DNA of 25,266 nt from a virus (lineage: Duplodnaviria > Caudoviricetes): IMG/VR virus record IMGVR_UViG_3300030708_000031, positions 1 through 25,266 of that record; one strand, 5' to 3'. Below the pieces are notes generated by a model. That model ran no database searches and was not told the DNA's origin. It saw only the letters and a program-made list of their open reading frames with translations. Made by a program: the position numbers and the translations under genes. Of this stretch, positions 1-6,752 are shown piece by piece; position 1 is the stretch's first letter; each line of letters starts with the position of its first letter.

Positions 1-546
1 TGTACCCGACAAGAAGCCAAAGCCCATACCTTCAAGCCGTTGTACGGTGGCGTAAGTGGCACTGAAGACCAGCAAAGATACTATCGTGCGTTCAAGGAGA
101 AGTATGCAGGTGTGAAGGAGTGGCACGAGAGGCTACAGAGAGAAGCTGTAAAGCACAAGCAAATTAAACTACCGTCAGGCAGACAATACGCTTTTCCAGA
201 TGCGAAGTGGACAGAGTGGGGTACAGCTACAAATCGTACCGCTATCTGTAACTATCCTGTGCAGGGATTTGCAACTGCAGACCTGTTGCCCATGTGCCTT
301 GTACGTCTCAGCCACCTAGTGGAAAAAAATAATTTACAGTCTGTAATCTGTAACACCGTACATGATTCCATTGTTATGGACGTACACCCTGACGAAAAAG
401 ATATTTGTATCAAACTGATGGTTAAGGCAATGTTGGCAATACCTGAAGAGGCAGAGAAGCGATATGGTATACAATATACAATGCCTGTTGACATTGAATT
501 AAAAATGGGATACAACTGGCTTGACTTAACTGAAGTCAATGTGTAG
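1..546 (+). CDS. polA: Family A DNA polymerase, C-terminal part (5' end lies outside the window)
   Basis: Frame 1 is open from base 1 (CTRQEAKAHTFKPLYGG = motif B), followed by NYPVQGFATAD and NTVHDSIV (motif C). The TTG start at 40 in the ORF track is an artefact of truncation. Confidence 0.96.
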   Translation, partial: CTRQEAKAHTFKPLYGGVSGTEDQQRYYRAFKEKYAGVKEWHERLQREAVKHKQIKLPSGRQYAFPDAKWTEWGTATNRTAICNYPVQGFATADLLPMCLVRLSHLVEKNNLQSVICNTVHDSIVMDVHPDEKDICIKLMVKAMLAIPEEAEKRYGIQYTMPVDIELKMGYNWLDLTEVNV

Positions 547-549
547 AAT
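521..549 (+). promoter_or_regulatory. Putative sigma70-type promoter upstream of the SSB-like gene, with a 7-bp dyad over the -35 box
   Basis: TTGACT (521-526), 17-nt spacer, TAGAAT (544-549). Inverted repeat TTGACTT-aactg-AAGTCAA at 521-539. Confidence 0.6.
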
Positions 550-585
550 CAATCTACGCAACCCTAATCGGAAATGGAGAATCGA

Positions 586-1431
586 ATGGGAAATCTTGTA
601 AATACTGAATTGGACTCTTTGGTAGCAGCGTTTAACTCTGATGACGAAACTGCTTTGATGGCAGCTTCTGGTCAGCAGACCCAGCAGAGGCAAACGGGCT
701 TACCGCGACTTAATATAAACTACGATATGGAAACGGAAGAGGGACTTGCTCTTACGAGAGGGGATTGGAAGGTGTACGTGGACGGTAGGTTCTTGTACGC
801 TCCGACTGTGCAGTTACGCCCAATCTTGCGTACGTTCGAATATAGTTTGTGGGACGCAGACGAGGGGGCTTTTAAATGTAAGTCTGTCCAGAAGCCTACG
901 CTATCTGGAGAGTTTCCTGATACGGAAGGAAAGAATAAGTGTGGTCGCTTGTCTCGTGATGAGGAAGAGACTGCATCGGAAGAGGCGCAGATGCGTTCTC
1001 GTGCCGTCGTCTGTAATCAGGTAATCTACGGTCAACTGTCGGGTACGTTTAACGCTGCAGATGGCACGGAAGTGACTCTGGATGCCCAGCCTGTTGTGGC
1101 ATACTTTAAGCGTTCGGGGTACAAGCCGATTGGTGATTTTATTGATGGGCTGTCCCGTCAGAAGAAGCTGATGCAACGCCAAATGGTTAATCTTGCAACG
1201 TCAAAGGCAAAGAAGGGCAGTGTCACTTACTGGATTCCTGTACCGACTTTGCACGGTGAAGTACCAATTACTGAAGCTGATAAGCAACTGATGGGTATGT
1301 TTGCTGAGACTGTATCTGCACATAATAACTATGTGATGGAGCAGAATCGCGAAGCCACTAAGTTAAATAATATGACGGGTGGCGGAGACTTTGACTTAGC
1401 AGACGACTTTACTGATGTTGACGCTGCTTAG
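586..1431 (+). CDS. Probable single-stranded DNA-binding / recombination protein
   Basis: Lies between the polymerase and the exonuclease and has an acidic, Phe-containing C-terminal tail (GGGDFDLADDFTDVDAA) typical of phage SSBs. GGAG at 576-579 favours ATG 586 over ATG 574. Confidence 0.65.
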   Translation: MGNLVNTELDSLVAAFNSDDETALMAASGQQTQQRQTGLPRLNINYDMETEEGLALTRGDWKVYVDGRFLYAPTVQLRPILRTFEYSLWDADEGAFKCKSVQKPTLSGEFPDTEGKNKCGRLSRDEEETASEEAQMRSRAVVCNQVIYGQLSGTFNAADGTEVTLDAQPVVAYFKRSGYKPIGDFIDGLSRQKKLMQRQMVNLATSKAKKGSVTYWIPVPTLHGEVPITEADKQLMGMFAETVSAHNNYVMEQNREATKLNNMTGGGDFDLADDFTDVDAA

Positions 1432-2299
1432 TATCCAAGACTTTTTGGATAAAGCAAGCAGGGGGGAACTTGATGTCTCCCCTGCTTCACTTGAGGAATT
1501 TGAAAAAGACTGTCGTGAAGCTGCTGCAAAACAGCTAAAGCGTGAGAAACGCGAATGGTACGTTCGCATGTCTGGTCTTGGTCGTCCCATGTGTCAGCAG
1601 ATGCTGGATAGAGATGGTATCAAAGAGGATATGGAATATAATGCTGTGTTCCGCTTTCTGTTTGGTGACCTGACTGAAGCAGCAGTAATGTTAATATTGC
1701 GAGAGTCTGGTGCAGACATCAGAGGCGCACAGGAGAAGTGTTCTTTACATCTTGATGGGTACATAGTCAGAGGTACGCTTGACCTTATCCTGCGCGATTC
1801 TATGGGCATTGACAGGGTATGGGATATCAAGTCTGCCAGTGATTGGGCGTTTAAGAATAAGTGGATTGGCGGGTACGAGAAGTTGCTCGATGAAGACCCG
1901 TTTGGGTACATCATGCAGGGCTTTCTGTACGGTGAGGCAATGGGTATGCCGTTTGGTGGTTGGCTAGTCGTAAACAAGTCATCTGGAGAAATACTTGAAG
2001 TGCCTGTCCCTGAGTGGCACGATACAGATAAACATAAGTATCTGGAAGAAGCAAAGCGTCGTGTAAAGGTACTGAATGACCCTGATGCACCGTTTGTAAA
2101 GTTTGAACCAGAAGACGAGACTTATCGTAGACAAGGACAGATTATTAAGACGGGGAATAAGATACTGCCTCGTGTGTGTGGTTTCTGTGGTTACCGCGCA
2201 CATTGTTGGCCTGATGCAATCCTACGAGAAAAAGTAACCTCACAAGCTAAGAACCCACCCAAGACATGGTATACTAGATTAAAAAAGAAAGAAATCTAA
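1415..2299 (+). CDS. PD-(D/E)xK exonuclease, Cas4/AddB-like with a probable 4Fe-4S cluster
   Basis: RMSGLGRPMC (N-terminal Cys), GTLD...WDIKS nuclease motif, C-terminal CGFCGYRAHC (three more Cys). Confidence 0.85.
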   Translation: MLTLLSIQDFLDKASRGELDVSPASLEEFEKDCREAAAKQLKREKREWYVRMSGLGRPMCQQMLDRDGIKEDMEYNAVFRFLFGDLTEAAVMLILRESGADIRGAQEKCSLHLDGYIVRGTLDLILRDSMGIDRVWDIKSASDWAFKNKWIGGYEKLLDEDPFGYIMQGFLYGEAMGMPFGGWLVVNKSSGEILEVPVPEWHDTDKHKYLEEAKRRVKVLNDPDAPFVKFEPEDETYRRQGQIIKTGNKILPRVCGFCGYRAHCWPDAILREKVTSQAKNPPKTWYTRLKKKEI

Positions 2300-2679
2300 T
2301 GCCGTACATTCTTATGAGAGAATACGATATAGACCTCATGGCTTTGAATGAGGACTTACATCATGCGTACGTAGAGTCACACTCTGGTACGGGGGGAGAA
2401 AGACGTGTCGTATTTCTTCGTCAGCATGAAAAGGGTATGCCCATTACACTGAGAGAAAATTACTCTGAAGATGGGTTTTTACGTGCAGAAACGTACGAAC
2501 GAGATGCACGTACCGTTGAGAATGAATTACTAAAGATGCGACAACTATCTAATCAGGGAGCAAACATTTGCGTACCACTAGCACCGCTCACAAAAGAACT
2601 AGATGCTATTCAAAGACTATCCCCAAAACTCGCAGGATATCTAAAACAAAGACTCAACTCGATAAATCTAATAATATGA
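2299..2679 (+). CDS. Hypothetical phage protein (126 aa)
   Basis: TAATG overlap with the upstream gene and ATGA overlap with the downstream gene. No recognisable motif. Confidence 0.8.
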   Translation: MPYILMREYDIDLMALNEDLHHAYVESHSGTGGERRVVFLRQHEKGMPITLRENYSEDGFLRAETYERDARTVENELLKMRQLSNQGANICVPLAPLTKELDAIQRLSPKLAGYLKQRLNSINLII

Positions 2680-3077
2680 AACGTAAATTTGCAAATAGAA
2701 AATCAGGATATCGGTCACAGTTTGAACTCAGCTTGGCACGTAGTTTGAAAGAAAAGAACATACCCTTCGAGTACGAAACAAAACGACTGACGTACATACC
2801 TGACCCCAAAACGTACACCCCAGACTTTTACCTACCAGAGACAGACATCTACATTGAGGCAAAAGGCGAGTTGTCTAAGCCAGACAGAGTGAAGATGATT
2901 CTGATAAAGAAGCAGCATCCTGAACTTGACATAAGGTTTGTTTTTATGAATTGTCGTAATAAAATATACAGGGGAAGCAAGACAACGTACGCTGATTGGT
3001 GCATCCGACATGGATTTGATTGGTCAGAGAAACACATACCAGCCGAATGGTTAAGAAAGGCAGACAACGATGAGTGA
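2676..3077 (+). CDS. T7 endonuclease I-like Holliday junction resolvase
   Basis: GYRSQFE...YE...YTPDFYLP...IYIEAKG...HPELDIRFVF...TTYADWC matches the T7 gp3 family. Start moved to ATG 2676 (ATGA coupling). Confidence 0.92.
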   Translation: MKRKFANRKSGYRSQFELSLARSLKEKNIPFEYETKRLTYIPDPKTYTPDFYLPETDIYIEAKGELSKPDRVKMILIKKQHPELDIRFVFMNCRNKIYRGSKTTYADWCIRHGFDWSEKHIPAEWLRKADNDE

Positions 3078-3420
3078 TGATATAAAGAAGAAAGTAGAAG
3101 CAGCAAGTCTGTTACCTGACAGGTACTATCTAATCATGAACTACGAGGACGAAGATTCGTTTTCTATGACGGCGTACGACACAACAAAAAATGACTTTAA
3201 TATAGAAAACGTACCCGCTGGTATGGTCATGTTGTCTGGTATGATTGAGTTAATGGAGAATGATTTTGACCGTGTGTGGGATGCAGGAATTGCTCGTCTC
3301 AGCTTTATTGCAATGGCAGAGTCCTTCAAACCTGAAAGTAAAAACGGGGAAGAGGCAATAGATAAGATTGTTGCGCGAGAAGATAACATTGTGAAAGTAA
3401 ATTTCGGAGAGACACAATGA
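3070..3420 (+). CDS. Hypothetical acidic phage protein (116 aa)
   Basis: Overlaps both neighbours, AAGG upstream, ends in DNIVKVNFGETQ. Confidence 0.8.
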   Translation: MSDDIKKKVEAASLLPDRYYLIMNYEDEDSFSMTAYDTTKNDFNIENVPAGMVMLSGMIELMENDFDRVWDAGIARLSFIAMAESFKPESKNGEEAIDKIVAREDNIVKVNFGETQ

Positions 3421-3758
3421 AAGACCAGTGGAACATAAATTACTATCAGAAACAAGCAGCAAAGACCGCTATATATCCTGACAGTCATAAGATAATCTAT
3501 CCTGCACTGGGTCTTGCTGGTGAAGCTGGTGAAGTTGCAAACAAGGTGAAAAAGTTTGTTCGTGACGGTTACGACCAAGAGGGGTTCGAACTCAAGAAGG
3601 GAGAACTTGCAAGCGAGATAGGTGATGTGCTATGGTATTGTGCAGCACTGGCTCGTGACATCGGTTACGACTTGCAGCACATAGCGCAAGGTAACATCGC
3701 TAAACTGAATGACCGTGCCAAACGTGGTAAGATAGGCGGAGACGGAGATAATCGGTGA
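3417..3758 (+). CDS. mazG: MazG-like nucleotide pyrophosphohydrolase
   Basis: YPALGLAGEAGEVANKVKK...ELASEIGDVLWY...NIAKLNDR (ExxE/ExxD metal-binding motifs). GGAG RBS and ATGA coupling. Confidence 0.93.
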   Translation: MKDQWNINYYQKQAAKTAIYPDSHKIIYPALGLAGEAGEVANKVKKFVRDGYDQEGFELKKGELASEIGDVLWYCAALARDIGYDLQHIAQGNIAKLNDRAKRGKIGGDGDNR

Positions 3759-4036
3759 CAAGCTACATGAATATTATGAAAGAGATAGAAGAAAACGAAC
3801 AAGCAGGTAAAGAGGCATATAGCGGCTATGACATGGTTGACAAACCCTTCCACTACAATCAGGCAGGTATCGAGTGCATTGAGGCAATCAGGGCGGCGAC
3901 GGGTACAGGCTTTGAACAATACCTACAAGGGAACATCATCAAGTACGTCTGGCGATACAGATACAAAGGCAAACTACAAGACCTCAAAAAAGCCCAGTGG
4001 TATCTCGAAAAGTTAATTGAAGAGAAGACAGAATGA
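3755..4036 (+). CDS. DUF3310 family protein (related to the T7 gp1.7 nucleotide kinase)
   Basis: DMVDKPFHYNQAGIECIEAI...GNIIKYVWRYRYKG...DLKKAQWYLEKL. GTGA overlap with the mazG stop. Confidence 0.88.
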   Translation: MTSYMNIMKEIEENEQAGKEAYSGYDMVDKPFHYNQAGIECIEAIRAATGTGFEQYLQGNIIKYVWRYRYKGKLQDLKKAQWYLEKLIEEKTE

Positions 4037-4191
4037 ACTGTTGGCATTGCAAAACAGAATTAATCTGGGGATGTGACCACGACATGGAAGAAGAGAGTGA
4101 TTACTTCTGTATGGTCACAGACCTACACTGTCCAAATTGTGGCAGTCAAGTTTCAGTATACTTACCAAAGGAAAGAAAAACCGATGAATAA
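4033..4191 (+). CDS. Small CxxC...CxxC Zn-ribbon/rubredoxin-like protein (52 aa), absent from the supplied ORF track
   Basis: Hand translation: MNCWHCKTELIWGCDHDMEEESDYFCMVTDLHCPNCGSQVSVYLPKERKTDE*. ATGA overlap with the DUF3310 stop, and it overlaps the RNR start by 8 nt, filling the gap exactly. Confidence 0.85.
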   Translation: MNCWHCKTELIWGCDHDMEEESDYFCMVTDLHCPNCGSQVSVYLPKERKTDE

Positions 4192-6112
4192 TATGTTACC
4201 TACCCCCTATCAGCAGTTCATTCACAAGTCACGGTACGCTCGTTGGCTTGAGGATGAAGGACGCAGAGAAGATTGGCACGAGACCGTTGACCGATACGTA
4301 AACTTCATGGTTAATCAGCTTCAGGGTAAGCACAACTACGAACTACCTAAGAAAGACGTAGAAGAGATTCGCGAGGCTATCCTAAACCTCGAAGTGATGC
4401 CGTCCATGAGAGCCATGATGACATCAGGGCCAGCATTGGCTCGTGATAACGTGTGTGGTTACAACTGTTCGTACATCCCTGTGGACAGTCCTCGTTCGTT
4501 TGATGAGTGCATGTACATTCTGATGTGCGGTACGGGTGTAGGCTTCTCTGTTGAACGCAACAACATCGAAAAGATGCCAGTTGTTAGTGATGCTATGAAT
4601 GAGTCTAGTACCGTTATCAAGGTAGGAGATAGCAAGCCCGGATGGGCCAAGGCGTACCGTGAGTTGGTTGCGCTATTGTACGCTGGTCAGATTCCTAGCT
4701 GGGATATGTCGGAAGTGCGTGGGGCTGGTGAACGTCTCAAGACTATGGGTGGCAGAGCATCTGGGCCACAGCCGCTAGTTGACCTGTTTACCTTTACTGT
4801 TGAAACGTTCAAGAAAGCAGCAGGACGTAGACTATATCCGATTGAGTGTCACGATTTGATGTGTAAGATTGGGGAGATTGTTGTCGTGGGTGGGGTAAGA
4901 CGCTCTGCTCTCATCAGTCTCAGTAATCTGAATGATGACCAGATGCGTCATGCCAAGGCAGGACAGTGGTGGGAGAACGAAGGACAGAGAGCCTTAGCTA
5001 ACAACTCTGTCGCGTACAAGTACAAGCCTGAGATGGGTACGTTTATGCGTGAGTGGCTTGCGCTGTACGACAGTAAGTCTGGTGAACGTGGTATCTTCAA
5101 TCGTGAAGCTGCAGACAAACAGGTAGCACGTAACGGTAGACGAGAGACAGGACACCAGTGGGGTACAAACCCCTGTAGTGAGATTATTCTGCGTCCATAT
5201 CAGTTTTGTAACCTCTCTGAGGTCGTCGTGAGGGCTACTGATACCCTTGAAGACTTACTGAGGAAGACGAGAATTGCTACTATTGTAGGTACAATACAGT
5301 CTACGCTTACTGATTTCAAGTATTTGAGGAATGTATGGAAGAAGAACACAGAGGAAGAAAGATTGTTAGGCGTGTCCTTAACTGGTATTATGGACCACTC
5401 CGTTCTATCCAAAAACGTAGACAGCAAACGCTGGCTAGAGAAGATGCGAGAAGAAGCAGTCAAAACAAACGAGAAGTATGCGAACATGCTTGGAATCCCA
5501 GTGTCCGCTGCAATCACTTGTGTAAAGCCGTCGGGTACTGTGTCACAACTCGTGGACGCAGCTAGTGGTATTCACGCTCGTCACAACGACTACTATATTC
5601 GTACGGTTCGCGGAGACAACAAAGACCCCCTCACACAGTTCATGAAGGAGTCTGGGGTACACAATGAGATGGATGTGATGAAGCCTGACTCAACTACAGT
5701 GTTCAGCTTTGCCATGCAAGCCCCTAAGGGTGCAGTGCTTCGTACAGATATGTCTGCTATCGAGCAGCTAGAGTTGTGGAAAACGTACGCCCTGCATTGG
5801 TGTGAACACAAGCCATCTGTAACTATCTCTGTTAAGGAAGAAGAGTGGATGGATGTAGGTGCTTGGGTGTACCAAAACTTTGACGTTGCATCTGGTGTGT
5901 CATTCTTACCACACAGTGACCACACGTACCAACAGGCTCCGTATCAGGATATAGAACGTGAAGACTATCTGGAATGGCAGCAAGCGTACAAGCATGTTAG
6001 TCTTGATTGGAATAAGTTGACAGAGTTTGAAAAAGAAGATAATACTACAGGGTCACGTGAGTTGGCATGTACGGCTGGCGTGTGTGAAGTTGTTGACTTG
6101 AGTGCAGCGTAG
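4184..6112 (+). CDS. nrdJ: Class II adenosylcobalamin-dependent ribonucleotide reductase (monomeric RTPR/NrdJ type)
   Basis: PSMRAM, YNCSY, GTGVGFSV, VVGGVRRSALI, TNPCSEI (thiyl Cys), CNLSEV, TCVKPSGTVSQL, C-terminal CTAGVC pair. No beta-subunit gene nearby. Start moved from 4073 to ATG 4184 (AAGGA RBS upstream). Confidence 0.93.
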   Translation: MNNMLPTPYQQFIHKSRYARWLEDEGRREDWHETVDRYVNFMVNQLQGKHNYELPKKDVEEIREAILNLEVMPSMRAMMTSGPALARDNVCGYNCSYIPVDSPRSFDECMYILMCGTGVGFSVERNNIEKMPVVSDAMNESSTVIKVGDSKPGWAKAYRELVALLYAGQIPSWDMSEVRGAGERLKTMGGRASGPQPLVDLFTFTVETFKKAAGRRLYPIECHDLMCKIGEIVVVGGVRRSALISLSNLNDDQMRHAKAGQWWENEGQRALANNSVAYKYKPEMGTFMREWLALYDSKSGERGIFNREAADKQVARNGRRETGHQWGTNPCSEIILRPYQFCNLSEVVVRATDTLEDLLRKTRIATIVGTIQSTLTDFKYLRNVWKKNTEEERLLGVSLTGIMDHSVLSKNVDSKRWLEKMREEAVKTNEKYANMLGIPVSAAITCVKPSGTVSQLVDAASGIHARHNDYYIRTVRGDNKDPLTQFMKESGVHNEMDVMKPDSTTVFSFAMQAPKGAVLRTDMSAIEQLELWKTYALHWCEHKPSVTISVKEEEWMDVGAWVYQNFDVASGVSFLPHSDHTYQQAPYQDIEREDYLEWQQAYKHVSLDWNKLTEFEKEDNTTGSRELACTAGVCEVVDLSAA

Positions 6113-6122
6113 GGGAAGACTC

Positions 6123-6545
6123 ATGAATCTTGAGCCGTGTGTATCAGACCGCAAGAAGTTTGATTTAGACCTGCAATATGGAAAGGTACGAGAAAAGCGT
6201 GTCGCTGACATGCTGCAAGACAAGAAGATAGAAGTCAAATCAGAACGTGACATGTGGGTACGTACTGGTAACATTGCTATTGAATATGAGTGCTACGGTA
6301 AGCCCAGTGGCATAAACAAGACAGAGGCGGACTATTGGTTCCACAACCTCTGCATAGGAGATGACACGTTTGCAACGCTCGTGTTCGATGTGCCGTCTCT
6401 GAAGCGTATCATTGACAACCTAGACAACAAACGTACTGTGTCGGGGGGAGACAATGGTGCTGCACGGATGTACCTATTGAGTTTGCAAAAGCTATTCTCA
6501 ACAGACGTATTCAAGGCATACAAAGATGGCGCAAAAGAAGGCTAA
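6123..6545 (+). CDS. Phage protein with a restriction-endonuclease-like PD-(D/E)xK signature
   Basis: E...D...IEVKSE...TGNIAIEY...GKPSGI...ADYWFH. ATG 6123 follows AGGGGA. The nuclease function is inferred. Confidence 0.6.
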   Translation: MNLEPCVSDRKKFDLDLQYGKVREKRVADMLQDKKIEVKSERDMWVRTGNIAIEYECYGKPSGINKTEADYWFHNLCIGDDTFATLVFDVPSLKRIIDNLDNKRTVSGGDNGAARMYLLSLQKLFSTDVFKAYKDGAKEG

Positions 6546-6744
6546 GTTATTTTCTCTGGAAGCAAACCTGCTTACCAGTGGCAATGTAGAGATACTGTGG
6601 GATGGTGTTGACCCTGACGATTTCGAACGCGAAATAAATTTAGGGATGCCAGAGTACGAAGGTTCGCACAGTGTAGCATCCCTAATTCGGTACTTGCGTA
6701 CAGTCGGTGATGAAGTGATGGATAAGTCTAGGACGTACGTTTAG
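6526..6744 (+). CDS. Hypothetical protein (72 aa), last gene of the + strand arm
   Basis: Overlaps the upstream gene, has normal composition, and fills the gap to the convergent arm. Confidence 0.7.
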   Translation: MAQKKAKLFSLEANLLTSGNVEILWDGVDPDDFEREINLGMPEYEGSHSVASLIRYLRTVGDEVMDKSRTYV

Positions 6745-6752
6745 ATTTCTTC
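6724..6752. terminator. Weak imperfect hairpin at the convergence of the two arms (possible bidirectional terminator)
   Basis: AAGTCTAG(G)AC-GTAC-GTTTAGATTT is centred on the palindrome ACGTACGT (6733-6740) and includes both stop codons. The stem is weak, with G-U pairs and a bulge. Confidence 0.25.

Noticed and set aside
2568-2675. N-terminal extension of the endonuclease in the ORF track
   Set aside because: It overlaps the upstream gene; ATGA coupling at 2676 gives a normal endonuclease I length.
3417-4036. MazG plus DUF3310 as a sign of a 2-aminoadenine (Z) or other modified-base genome
   Set aside because: No PurZ, DatZ or other base-modification gene is present in the window, and both genes are common in unmodified phages.
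4073-4183. 37-aa N-terminal extension of the RNR in the ORF track
   Set aside because: It overlaps the better-supported 52-aa Cys protein in another frame, and an RBS precedes ATG 4184.
6093-6121. TTGACT at the end of nrdJ (also at 1391) as further promoters
   Set aside because: No acceptable -10 hexamer at 16-18 nt spacing.
252-6523. Many short antisense or alternate-frame ORFs over the replication arm (e.g. 252-539, 1594-1977, 3141-3578, 5200-5517)
   Set aside because: They lie fully inside well-supported genes, lack RBS or motifs, and are the expected shadow of codon bias.
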